Assembly: GCF_006345805.1 (NCBI RefSeq)
Contig: NC_043015.1
Location: forward strand, 21,824,001-21,888,000
Direction of reading: 5' to 3'
Source: Octopus sinensis
Lineage: Eukaryota
DNA: 64,000 bases
The notes under the pieces were generated by a model, which had not been told where the DNA came from, ran no database searches, and saw only the letters and a program-made list of their open reading frames with translations. A program made the translations under genes and the position numbers. Numbering within the stretch: the first letter of the stretch is position 1; each line of letters opens with the position of its first letter. Positions 1 to 12,224 of the stretch are shown here, piece by piece.

Positions 1-132
1 TCTTTAACCACACATTCTCCAACACAATGGAGTGTTGATGGTGGCTGTGGCTACACATTGAAGATGATGATGATGATGGTGATGTTGCTGATGATGGTGA
101 TGGTGGTGAAGATGATAGTAATAACAATAATA

Positions 133-3100
133 GCTGACAGATCCCGTCTTTTTCCCTTTCTTTTCGTTTCCTTCTCCGTATTTTATTCTCATTATTTCGA
201 ACTAATACAGACACAGTAAGCCTTGAAGAAAGGAAGAGGAGGAAAGGAAGAAAAAAAAAATGTCCGGAGATAAAACTATCAACAAAAAAAATACAGACGA
301 ATATAGATCTGCTAGTCTTAAGAAGCGGCGCTATGAGCAATGCTTACATGTAGTGAACCCTAAACTGACAGATCCATCTCCTAATATAAGAATGGATGCT
401 CGTCATGCTTCAAGGTCAACAAATCAAACAATAAACCGCATTGGTCATTGCGCGGATTACAAAAGACCACGTACCCGAAAATTGAACCAAATCCTGATTG
501 AAAAATCAGTTACTGGATCAAATCTTCCCAACACACAGGAGCTGGACGAATCCCACAACCGGAATATTCCAACAGATGGCCATCCATGCTCATCACCAAA
601 TAATCAAAAGAAAAAGAAGGAAAAATGGTCTAGGGAAGATAATAAAGAAGTTCTCGAGGCCTTTAACCATGCCATATATTTCCCCACAGATAAGTCTAGC
701 ACTGTACAAGCATACTTAAACTGGAGACAGAAACACCCTGAAGTAAGACCCTACATAGACAGTAACAAGCTTGCCAATGTTAGAAGAAACATTATAAAAA
801 AGAAATTACTGACTGAAGTAGAGATTGATCAGGTTAGACAAGCAATATCGGATAAAATGAACGAAGCTGCAGGTAGAGAAGATAATACAGAGGAAATGAT
901 TATAGACCAGCCCAGGGCGGATAAAAACGAAGAGAGGATTGAAAGAGTTAGTATAAGTGATAGGCAAAGTGAAATACGCCCTGAACCAATCATAAACACT
1001 AAGACAGATGAGCATCAAATAGATAAAGAAAGTCACACAAATATTGACCCAACAGAACTACATGAGCTAAAAAATCAAATCATGATTGAATGGCTGAAAA
1101 TTAAAGAAACCAGCATGGATGAGCGTGATACACTTCCTAAAATCCGCAACTCTAACCAAAACATGAAAATAATTGGTAAAATCCGGCTTGCACTTAAGGA
1201 TATAATTTCAGTTAATGATGTTGATATCACAAACCTCAACCACCTACTATGCATCCGCGAAAATCTCAACGATCCTATGTGGTGTAAAGATTAGAAAACG
1301 GCAACAGTCCCACAAAAAGCATTCTTGGCAAGAGCGTCTGCAACAACAAATTAAAGTATTTAGATCTGACATTGAATATTTGAAAAACCTTAAGGCTCAC
1401 AAGACTACCAAACCTACAAAAACCCAAAAAATTACTGAAAAAATACAATATGAAAACTATACTTGATATTGATGCCACCATAGAAACCATCAAACAAAAG
1501 GTATCTGCCAAAGCTACCCGCATAGCGAGGTATGAAAAGCGTGTTAGATTTTTCAAGGACAACAACATGTTCAAAAATAACACCAAGAATTTTTACAGGA
1601 AGATAGGAAAAACAGCGTTTACTGCAGGGTCTGTACCATCAAAAGAAGAAGTGCAGAGATTTTGGAATAAACCTGGGCAGAAGAAAAAACACACAACGAA
1701 AAGGCCCCCTGGATTGACAGAATATCTACAGAACTGGACCCCTTAGAAGAGCAAAAGTGGGAGGGTGTCAAGGTAGAAGATATAAGATCTGCTCTCAGGA
1801 GGTCAAGCAAATGGAAGTCTCCAGGAAAGGATAAAATTCCTAACTTCTGGCTGAATGCCTTCCCAGAGAGCCATGAACTACTAACAGAACTGTACAATGA
1901 TGTTCTGCAACACCCTAGTAGGATGCCTCCTTGGCTAGTTAATGGGTTAACATTCCTGCTTCCAAAAAGTGAAGAAACAAATGAACCAAAAAACTATAGA
2001 CCCATAACCTGCTTAACAACTATGTACAAAACTCTAACATCTGTCCTGACGGAATATACCTATAGTTTTTTAACAGACAGCAGCATATTCCCTAATGAAC
2101 AGAAAGGATGTAAACGTGGATCCTACGGCTGTAAAGACCAACTACTCATCAATAAGATGATCTTAGAAGATTGTCACAAACGACACAAAAACTTATCAAT
2201 AGCCTGGATAGACTATCAAAAGGCTTTTGATAGCCTACCACATAGCTGGATTAGGAAATGCCTTGAAATGTATAAGATAGCACCAACTCTACGAAACTTC
2301 TTGACTGTAAGTATGAGATCATGGAGAACCACACTAACTCTGAACAGTGACAGTGAATCCCTAAATGCTGGTGATGTAAAAATTTCGTGTGGCATTTTCC
2401 AGGGTGACTCACTGTCACCACTCCTCTTTTGTTTATCCTTAATACCTCTCTCAAAGCTGCTCAATGACGCGCAGTACGGGTATAAAATGTTTGATAAAAA
2501 ATAAATCATCTCGTTTACATGGATGATTTAAAGCTTTTTGCAAAAAAGGATCAACAACTCAAGGGCTTACTAGCGATAGTCAAACAATTCAGTGACGACA
2601 TCAGAATGCAATTCGGCCTCGATAAATGTGCAAAGGCTACCTTTATCAAAGGAAAAATGACAGAAACATCTAACGTTAACCTTGACCAACAGAATGTCAT
2701 AAAAGAACTAGACCCAGCGGAGAGCTACAAGTACCTAGGGGTAATTGAAGGGAACGGAATAAGGCATTCAGAGATGAAGGAAAGGATCAGGAGAGAATGC
2801 TATCGAGAGAGTGAGAGCAATACTCAAGACAGAGCTGAATGCAAGAAACAGGATCGAAGCAATCAATGCATTAGCTATACCAGTCGTGACTTACAGTTTC
2901 AATATTGTTAACTGGTCAATTACTGAAATATGTCAGCTCGACAGAAAAATAAGGAAACTGTTGACAATGCATAGAATGCACCACCCTAAGGCAGATACAG
3001 AACGGCTCTATCTGCCAAGAAAAGAGGGAGGCCGTGGTCTTTTGCAACTGGCAATAACAATGAAGATTGCTACAATTGGCCTAGACACCTACCTGAAAAA

Positions 3101-4292
3101 CTCTGAGGACTGGATGTTAAAACTTGTCTCAAAACATGAAAACAAGAAAGCATCATACTCAGTCACAAAACAGGCAAAGGAATATCTAAGTGAATTCCGA
3201 ATACAACCAAATTTCGGAATTAGAGATAGACATACAAGAAACAAGCACAGAAAAAGCTAGGCGCATGAAAACCCGTGCCAAAACTGCGGCCTTAGATATT
3301 CTGAATAATAAATGGCAAGAAAAACCTCTCTACGGCAAATACCCAAAGAGAGCGAATAATGCAGATATCGACAAAGCCCTGACCCATCAATGGCTAATGG
3401 CCTCTGGCTTAAAATCTGAAACAGAGGGGTTTATCATAGCAGCTCAAGATCAATGCCTACCAACAAGAAACTACCAGGCCAACATATTAAAGATCAGAAG
3501 CAGTCCAACGTGTCGTGTATGCAAGCAACAAAAATGAAACCATTGACCATGTGGTCTCCAAGTGCAGTCTTCTAGCGCCTACAGAGTATCTCAACAGGCA
3601 CGATAGAGCTGCACAATATATTCACGGGTAATCTGTAAAAACCTGGATTTGCCCCATGAAAAAAACTGGTGGGAACACAAACCACCCCCAGTGCTTGAAA
3701 ATGACCACATCTCACTCCTCTGGAACTTCACCATTCAAACTGACGGAAAGATAGATGCAAATAGGCCAGACATCATATTGAAAGACTTCAAACAAAGAAC
3801 ATGCCTCCTCATTGATATGACTGTCCCAATCGATATAAACGTATCTGTCAGGACCTACCAAAAACTGAGCAAATATAAAGATCTTGAAATAGAAATCAGC
3901 AAAATGTGGAAGCTGAAGACTAAAACAATACCTGTTGTCATAGGTGCCCTGGGAATGATAGCAAAAGGGGCTGATAGCTACCTAACTCAGATACCAGGAA
4001 ACCCAAAAATGGCAGAAGTTCAAAAGATAGTGCTCATGGGAACTGTTCATATCCTACGCAAAATACTCTCTATGTAATCTCAAGGTTTAAAACAACCATA
4101 ATTTTCATTTAAAAAAAAAAAAAAAAAAAACTTTTTTTTTTTTGACATTCATTAGTACAACATCCCCCGCCCCCAAATATATGGCACACTAGGCATAACA
4201 ACAACATGAACTTCCAACCCTGTTGTCTCTTGAGGTCTCTGGGTGAGACTTGGAGCCAACTTGTACAAATATAAAGCAAAAGTCAAACATAG
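133..4292 (+). mobile_element. Near full-length, decayed R4/Dong-clade non-LTR retrotransposon (element 1)
   Basis: Collinear frameshifted ORF pieces: N-terminal KWSREDNKEV...WRQKHP...KLANVRRNI region typical of R4/Dong; RT motifs PKNYRPITCL, QKGCKRG, AWIDYQKAFDS, GIFQGDSLSPLLF, (Y)MDDLKL; CCHC knuckle CRVCKQQ.ETIDH...C; RLE motif RPDII...LLIDMTVP...KLSKYKDLEIEI. The 3' UTR ends directly in (TAA)n at 4293 and a degenerate TAA tract sits at ~118-132. The 5' boundary is uncertain. Confidence 0.92.
260..4077 (+). pseudogene. Disrupted single polyprotein of element 1 (N-terminal domain, RT, zinc knuckle, restriction-like endonuclease)
   Basis: ORF-track pieces 260-1294, 1215-1466, 1450-1746, 1923-2504, 2519-2911, 2811-3260, 3190-3537 and 3649-4077 tile one protein in order across several frameshifts. 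Confidence 0.9.
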
Positions 4293-4303
4293 AATAATAA
4301 TAA

Positions 4304-4341
<38 letters not shown>
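4293..4341. repeat. (TAA)n tract between elements 1 and 2
   Basis: Read directly from the sequence. Confidence 0.95.
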
Positions 4342-4344
<3 letters not shown>

Positions 4345-6360
4345 TTAATAAAGCCATAACTGAAGACAGCCACAGAAAGAAGAAACGCCTCAGTATGGCC
4401 TGGATTGACTACAAAAAGGCGTTTGATAGCATCCCCCACACATGGATCCTCGAAACACTAGCCATTAACAAAGTAGCACCAACAATCATAAAATTCATAG
4501 AGCACTCTATATAAATGGCAAACAGTCCTACACCTCCAAACAAAGAGGGACTCATGAAAACCAAAGACATCCCCATTAGAAGAGGAATATTCCAGGGAGA
4601 CACACTCTCTCCACTCCTTTTCTGCTTGGCACTGTCACCTCTATCTGATATGCTAAATAGAAATGGATGCGGATATAAATGTTACGGCAAAACGATCAGC
4701 CACCTTTTATATATGGATGACCTAAAACTATACGCTGCAAATGACAAACAGCTGGAAACACTATTAAAGACAGTTCATGGATTTACCAAAGAAATAGATA
4801 TGAAATTTGGATTAGAAAATGCGCCAAAGTAACCATGAAAAGAGGAAAACTAGTTAAGAGTAACAACATCACACTAGATAAAACCAATGAAATAAAAGAA
4901 TTAGACCAAAGCCAAACTTACAAATACTTAGGAATCCATGAACTAGATAAGACACAACACACACAAATGAAAAGAAAATAAAAAAAGAATATTATTGACG
5001 AGTTAGATCAATACTAAACACAGAGCTCAATGCTAAAAACAAGATAATAGGTATCACCACTTTAGCTGTCCCAGTTATAAGTTACAGCTACAATATCCTT
5101 AACTGGACACGAAATGAACTGACCAAAATAGATAGGAAAACAAGAAAAATAATGACAGGATCTAGGATGCATCACCCAAAATCTGACATAGAAAGACTAT
5201 ATATAAACGTATAGAAGGTGGTAGAGACCTTATACAGCTGGAAAACTACTATAAAATAACCACCATAGGACTGCAAAAATATCTACTTCAGAAGGAAGGA
5301 AAACTGATCCAGATAGCGGCAAAACACGAGCAAAACAAAAAAACTGTTCTCAGTATTTAAGGAAGCTGACAAGTAAAACAAGAAATCATACCACCTAATA
5401 AACATGAAGAAGAAGAAGAAGATGAAGAAACAACAAAAGCTATAAAACAAATGATATCCAAACTAAAAATAGAACAGCAACGAACCATGATAAAACGATG
5501 GCAAGAAAAGCCCCTTCATGGTAAATACTGGACTAAACTAAACGCAAAAGAAATAGACAAAGAAAAATCCCAGCAATGGTTGAGAAGCTCAGGACTCAAA
5601 GCAGAAACAGAGGGGTTTTTAATTGCAGCACAAGACCAAAGCCTCCCCACCAGAAATTACCGAAAACATGTAATGAAAAGAAATATTACAAGTAACTGCA
5701 GAATATGTGGAGATGGACAAGAAACAATAAAATCATTATCTCTAGCTGCCCAGTCCTGGCTAAGAAGGAATATATTCAGACATGACAGAGTTGGAACCTA
5801 CATACACTGGAAGCTATGCCAACATTATGGAATAACAACAGAAAAAAGATGGTATAGGCACACACCAGAAAAGGTCACAGAAAACGAGAAAGCAACCATA
5901 CTCTGGGATATCCCGATACACACAGATAGAGAAATTACGGCCAACAGACCAGATATAGTTGTCAGAGATCATGAAGAAAAAAAATGCTTTCTAATTGATG
6001 TATCAATACCGGCTGATGACAACGTGTCTCTAAAAGAAATGGAGAAACTCTCAAAATACAAAGACCTGGAAATAGAGGTAACTAGAATGTGGAATCTGAA
6101 AACAGACACAATTCCTATCATAGTAGGTGCATTAGGCATGATAAAAAAATATTCAGACAAATACGTAACAAAAACACCAGGACTTACAAACACATATAAC
6201 ATACAGAAAATTGCACTACTAGGCACTGCACACATCCTACGCAGAACACTTTCCATACAATAACCATCAGAGCATCACAACAAATCACATCACATACCCA
6301 AGGCACACAGAGCTGCGCTCGGTAGTGAAGTGAAAGCACGCTATAAAAATAAAACTACTG
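4342..6360 (+). mobile_element. 5'-truncated R4/Dong-like LINE, second family (element 2)
   Basis: Starts mid-RT straight after the TAA tract (INKAITED...SMAWIDYKKAFDSIPHTW), then GIFQGDTLSPLLF, YMDDLKL, WQEKPLHGKY, CRICGDGQETI, RPDIVV...FLIDVSIP, KYKDLEIEV; stop at 6263. It has its own ~95-bp 3' UTR (different from element 1) ending in (TAA)n. Confidence 0.92.
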
Positions 6361-6382
6361 AATAATAATAATAATAATAATA

Positions 6383-6420
<38 letters not shown>
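6361..6420. repeat. (TAA)n tract
   Basis: Read directly from the sequence. Confidence 0.95.
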
Positions 6421-6422
<2 letters not shown>

Positions 6423-6430
6423 GTTACTAG

Positions 6431-6933
6431 TTGGAAGTGTTATCATGTACATTGTTTTGTTATGGTATAAAAGATAGGCTACAGCAAATATTCTGCTCAA
6501 TACCACAGATTTGCTAGTCAGTTGTTTGACCTTAACCAGTTGAGCATGTCCCTTAGTGGCTGACGATATGTGCATCTCTGATCACGAGCAGAGTTAGTAG
6601 AGGAGCATCATAGCCATGTGTTGAGAGGGATTCATTAGGGTTTGAATAATTCACATCTGGAAACATGGGTGGTCCATTCAACATCCTTAAACAACCCTTA
6701 TTCAGCGACCTTTCGAGTGGAATGGGTTACTCGACAAGGAGAAAATTCTAACTGGGCCCCACCTGCAAGGTCATGTGCTGTTTATCTTGATATGAGATCA
6801 CCATGTCGCGCAAATACGGTTGTGATGCATGTGCCTGGCGTACACTTATCAGATAGGTAGTCATGATGGGTATACTTGGCTTCGTATATTTTACCCCTGT
6901 GTCATTTTGATGGCATGCACTACTCCCTCACTC
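6431..6933 (+). mobile_element. ~500-bp non-coding retroposon-like element, copy 1
   Basis: Aligns end to end (about 90% by eye) with 8121-8626, is flanked by TAA tracts and ends ...CTCACTC followed by an AAT-type tail. No coding similarity recognised. Confidence 0.75.
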
Positions 6934-7069
6934 AATGATGATAATAATAATAATAATAATAATAATAGTCATAATAATAATAATAATATTAGTAGTAATA
7001 ATAATAATAACAATAATAATAATAATAATATTAATAATAATAACAACAACAATAATAATAATAATAATA

Positions 7070-7103
<34 letters not shown>

Positions 7104-7152
7104 GAGTAATAATAGTAATAATAATAATGATGATGATAATAATAATAATGAT
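6934..7152. repeat. Compound (TAA)n/(TTA)n tract with an internal strand switch
   Basis: AAT repeats change to TAT repeats at ~7071-7103 and then back to AAT. Confidence 0.95.
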
Positions 7153-7154
7153 AA

Positions 7155-8014
7155 AAAGTAAAAAGTATGGAAAGAAAAGAAAATGTATGGTCAGTTTGCA
7201 AGAGATGCGAAAGCCAAGGCAGATACAGAGGACTGGCGTCTATGGATGAGGAGGAGTTACTTGGAGATAGAGAAGGAAGCTAGCATATGCGCTGTTCAGG
7301 AACAAGCTTTAAGGAACAAGTAAATGCAGTGCAGAATAGACAAGACTACCGATTGCAGCAAATGCAGAGTGTGTTGTGAGAGGTGTGAAACGGTATGGTC
7401 CATCGCTAGTGAATGCTCGAAGTTGGTACAACGCGAAAACAAAACACAGCATGACAGTGTGGCAAGCATGATCCATTGGGGGCTCTGTGGAAACTACGAC
7501 CTACAAAGAGCAAAGACTTGGTATGAGAAAACTCCAGAAGGAGACAACGAAAATGAGAACTGCAAAATCTTGTGGAATTTAGAGATCCAGTGCGATCACC
7601 CGACCAAACATCGGAAACTGGACCTTGTTGTGGTGAATAAAAACAAAGAACATATTTGGTAATCGACATAGCATGTCCCGATGACATCAGGTTCAATGTG
7701 AAAGAAGAAGAAAAAATATACAAGTACGTCGATTTGAAGTGGGAAATACGAACGCTGTGGTCAATGAGCAGAGTAGAGGCGATATCAATAGTAAATGGAG
7801 AACGTGAAAATATCAACACTCAACTGCCAAAATGCCTGACAAAGATTGGTACAAGTGTGAAGGTTGAACACCTACAAAAGTCAGCATTGCGTGGAACTGC
7901 AAGAATTCTTCGCAGGTTTCTTGAAGCATGACCCGTAAAAAAATATCACTCTTGTCTGCTAGCTGTGGACAGCTGACACTTTCCATCATATACAGCAAAA
8001 TAAATTATGAGGTT
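7155..8014 (+). mobile_element. Heavily 5'-truncated R4/Dong-like LINE, third family (element 3)
   Basis: Translates as WKEKKMYGQF...ICAVQEQALR...CRVCCERCETVWSIASECSKL...HDSVASMIHW...KLDLVVV...VIDIACPDD...KYVDLKWEIRTLW...ARILRRFLEA* (C-terminal knuckle plus RLE). It has a distinct 3' UTR followed by (TAA)n. Confidence 0.88.
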
Positions 8015-8044
8015 TAATATAATATAATAATAATAATAATAATA

Positions 8045-8096
<52 letters not shown>
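8015..8096. repeat. (TAA)n tract
   Basis: Read directly from the sequence. Confidence 0.95.
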
Positions 8097-8626
8097 CTCA
8101 TGGCTTCTGATCTTAACTGATTGGAAGTGTTATCATGTACATTGTTTTGTCTTGGTATAAAAGATGGGCTACATCAAATATTCTGCTCAATACCACAGAT
8201 TTGCTTGTCAGTTGTTTGACCTTAACCAGTTGAGCATGTCCCTTAGTGGCTGACGATATGTGCATCTCTGATCACGAGCAGAAGTAGTGGGGGAGCATCA
8301 TAGCCATGTGTTGAGAGGAATCTTTGGGGTTTGAATAATTCACCTCTGGAAACATGGGTGCTTCGTTCAACGTCCTTAAACAACCCTTATTCAGGGACCT
8401 TTTGAGCGGGATGTGTTACTCGATCTGAAGAAAATTCTAACTGGGCTCCACCTGCAAGGTCATGTGCTGTTTATCTTGATATGAGATCACCATGTCGCGC
8501 ACATACATATGGTTGTGATGCATGTGCCTGGTGTACCCTTATCAGACGGGTTGTCATGATGGGTGTACTGGGCTTCGTATATTTTACCCCAGTGTCACTT
8601 TGATGGCATGCTCTGCTCGCTCACTC
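8097..8626 (+). mobile_element. ~530-bp non-coding retroposon-like element, copy 2
   Basis: Same 3' end as 6431-6933, with ~24 extra 5' bases. Preceded and followed by (TAA)n (tail 8627-8657). Confidence 0.75.
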
Positions 8627-8657
8627 AATAATAATAATAATAATAATATTAATAATA

Positions 8658-8765
8658 CTTTGTATTAAAAGCACAAGGCCTGGAGTTTTGAGCGACGGTG
8701 CTAGTCGATTAGATCAGCGTCAGCGCTTTAGTGGAATTGAATTTATTGACACTGAAAGAGTGAGT
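8658..8765 (-). mobile_element. Old 3' fragment of tRNA-derived SINE family S2
   Basis: GCACAAGGCC...CTAGTCGATTAGATC...TTTTATTGAC..GAAAG resembles 48147-48270. Confidence 0.5.
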
Positions 8766-9326
8766 AGGTAAACAGTGTGTCTGTTTAAATGGTAAAAGTT
8801 CAGCCTCCTCAGTGATTGAACTAGTAATGTCATATATTAGACTATGTAATCTTCAGGATCATGTTGTAGTGGTGACAGTTATGTTTTACAATTTACTACT
8901 GTGAGGAGATGGCTAAAGGGTATGCTATATATATATATATGTGTGTGTGTGTTTGTGTGTGTGTGTAAAAGAAGAGATTGGACTTATTGTTACGTGTTAC
9001 GATCTGGCATATGTTACCTTAAAATTACTTATGTTTTATATTCACGTGAATGGGTTTTCTACCGCGTCAAAATATTTCTCTCTCCAATCTTTCGTTGAAA
9101 CTGTCATATTCAACAATAAAGGTAATTCTTATTCCTCCAGTGTGATGCCTGTTAGATTATAATCTGCGATTTATAAACATTACTGGGACTTCAGCATGTG
9201 TGGAAGATTTTCTCCTACAGAAGCATTGTTCCCTTCAAAACATTCTGTTAACTACTGTCTACATGCTGAATATACTCACCAGTCACATTTCACATGAGTC
9301 TTTTCACATACACTTCTTCCCTCCCC

Positions 9327-9367
<41 letters not shown>

Positions 9368-9944
9368 AAAATAAGAGAAGATAGAAAATGATAAAATAAT
9401 GTTATCATGAATTCCATTTTAGTACCGGTTTCCATGCTTTAGACTTTTTCAACTATAAGTAGAATAAGAGAAAGCATTTGAACTGGAGAAAAGAATTTGA
9501 GTGAAATGTTTTGCAAATATTCCCATAGTCTTCAAATAGTCTGTATGTCTGTCACTCTCTTCCTTGGTGAATGCTTGGTAGGTAGGTAGTAATAAATCTG
9601 AAGGAATAGTTTTATGAGTACATAGGTCTAAATAGGATTAGCCGAGGGAGGAGAAGGAACACAAGTAGAAGGAGAAGAAGAAGAATGAGAAGAAAAAGAA
9701 GAAAAAAGAAGGAGGCGGAAAAGGAAAAGAAGATGAAGAAGGAAGAGAAGCAGGAGTAGTGAAAGAAAAAGAGGAAAGAGATAGAAAAGAAAATATAAGA
9801 AAAGAAAAACACATTGGAGTGCTGTGACAGTAAGTTGTTCGTGGAATCTTCTTTAATGGTCAGATGACATAAAAGTGATCTGTTGTGGTCGTAGCAGTAG
9901 TGGTTGGAATTGTTCTAAATTCTTCTAGTAGTTTCATCTATGGT

Positions 9945-11480
9945 GGATGCATTCAATGTAGGTTTATATTTTGTTACAGAATATGCTTCTTTTCTAATGT
10001 GCTGATTATAGGTTGCATTGTCCCTGAATTTCTAGAGGGGAAAATTTAAAGTGGGGTTGTTCGTTAATGGTGCAAATATCGATGTGCTTGCTTAGTCCTG
10101 TTTTTCTGCATTCTTGTATTTTAATCTGTGATCTATGTACGATCACCCTCTGGCGTAGACTGTCTTAGTTGGACCAAATTTATTGTTCTCGACACTCTGA
10201 GAAAGTTAATACATATATTACGTTTTCCGAAGCACATATAAAGTTGTTTTTCATTGTAAAACGTTGACCTGTTTGAAGGAGATTTCCGATCAATTTGATT
10301 GACACATATGACACAGGTAGATTTTCCGCAATTTTTTATTATCGATTTCGATGTTGCTGACGAGTGTGCTTGGGCCTGTGTTAGAAGAATTTTCGTTGAC
10401 TTAGGCTGTCGCTGGTCTTTATGATGGTCTACGCTTGCAGGATGTGATCCATTCTATGGTCTCTTTTTAGTAAAGGGATGTTCTGGGGGATGGTTATGGG
10501 GTTGTGCGTTGATATGTATGGTAGGGCTTTTGGTTGTAAATCCTTCTTTAGCTTGGAGTGTCTGAGTTCGTAGATGTTGAGTTGTAGCGCACGTTGAAAG
10601 ACTATATCAATTTGTGATGGTGGGTAGTTCCTGCTGATAAGTGTATCCTTTAGCTCATGTTGTCATGTGTCACTTGTTCTGGTATCAGATACAAGGTTGT
10701 AAGGGATATACATTCAAGTGTGTCTGTGGTGGCATGAGTTGAGTGGAAGATATTGTCTGGAGTCCGTTGGCTTATACTATATGTCTATTTGTATTTTGTT
10801 GTTGCTTGTTGCTGGAATTCTTAATGAGGATATCGAGGAATGGAAGTTGTTGGTGGCTATATTCCATCATAATTGAATTCTTATGTCAAGTCTATTCAAA
10901 TTTGCTTTAAATTCTATAAGTCTATCTATACTTTCATGCCAAAGAGTGACGCAGTCATCTAGATACTTTTTCCAGTTATTTTCTTTGAACAGGGAGAATG
11001 GGTTTCCGTATTTTTATAGTACCTTACGATAAGGATTGATTTCTAGTTTAGCAAGATTAGTTTAGCAAAGGAGGGGGTCATTTGATGGGCTATCGCAATC
11101 CCCGATACTGTCGATGGAATTTGTCATTATATAGTTATTCTCCAAGATGAATTTTAGCCATTCTATTACGAATTCTTTTTTTAATGTGGTGTGGGAGTTG
11201 ATTGGCGTAATTCTTTCGCCAGAATTGGATTGCTTCTAATCCTAGGATGTAAGGGATATTGGAATAGAGTCTGACTACATTAAAGTATGCTAGTAGGGTG
11301 TATTTATTTATTGTGACAGGGAAGCGATTGAGTATATCTAGATGGTCACACATGTAGATTTGGACATGCTTGAGGACTGGTTATAACAGTGTATCTAAAA
11401 TGTTACTAAGGCAGTGATTTTCGTATGCTATTATAGGTCTTCATTTGAGTTCATTAAGAGAAGGTACATTGGCTATTATG
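9945..11480 (-). mobile_element. Decayed Penelope-like retroelement (RT + zinc-finger linker + GIY-YIG endonuclease)
   Basis: Minus-strand translation across frameshifts gives RPII...LSNILDTLL, FNVVRLYSNIPYILGLEAIQFW, WKKYLDDC (YLDD at 10954-10965), LPFLDIL, KNCGKSTCVIC, ENVIYVLT..ECREQ*I..., LRQRVIVHRSQI, and the ORF end KYKPTLN near 9955. Confidence 0.85.
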
Positions 11481-11894
11481 TCTGTGTATTTTCAAACCTG
11501 CAGCTGAGAGGCACACCTTTACACATTTTACACATGTTTGTTGGGACTTGTAATAGCTACATCACCGTTTATCATGGGTCGATTCCTGTCTTATTTTTGA
11601 TGGCTGCCTCAAACACATATTCTCACAAAGTACACATGCAAGAAGCAACACTCTTACTTTCCACAGGTCCCCTCCTCCTAAGATCCTCCTAATTATCTTA
11701 TACATCTCCATCTCAAACCCCGAAAAAAACCACTGTGCACTGTCTTCCTCTCTCTCTATCCCGGTTTTGTGCCTCCCCCTCTCAAGCACAAACTGCAATT
11801 CCTGTATGTATTAGAGCACTTTAAGGCAACCCTTAAACCCGAGTTTAGACTTATACGGTGGTCTCCTGCCGTCTTCCAGCTCACCATGCAATGT

Positions 11895-12036
11895 ATGTAT
11901 GTATGTATGTATCTATGTATGTATGTATGTATGTATGTATGTATGTATGTATGTATCTATCTATCTATCTATCTATCTATCTAACTATCTATCTATCTGT
12001 CTGTTTGTCTGTATGTCTATCTATCGAGCTATCTTC

Positions 12037-12103
<67 letters not shown>

Positions 12104-12117
12104 CCTATCTATCTATA

Positions 12118-12206
<89 letters not shown>

Positions 12207-12210
12207 GTCT
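11895..12210. repeat. (TATG)n/(TATC)n compound tetranucleotide microsatellite
   Basis: Read directly; it produces the spurious MYVC/LSIY ORFs. Confidence 0.95.
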
Positions 12211-12224
12211 ATTTATAGGGAGAG

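Noticed and set aside
133-259. HDV-like ribozyme at the 5' end of element 1
   Set aside because: The region is a pyrimidine run followed by a purine run, and I could not build the nested double pseudoknot.
6555-6600. CTGACGA inside the ~510-bp non-coding element (also ~8250)
   Set aside because: It is not followed by a stem II and GAAA.
9920-9960. Possible decayed hammerhead just after the Penelope ORF (minus strand TTGAATGC ATC...GAT GAAAC)
   Set aside because: The core is too degenerate and stems I and III cannot be built.
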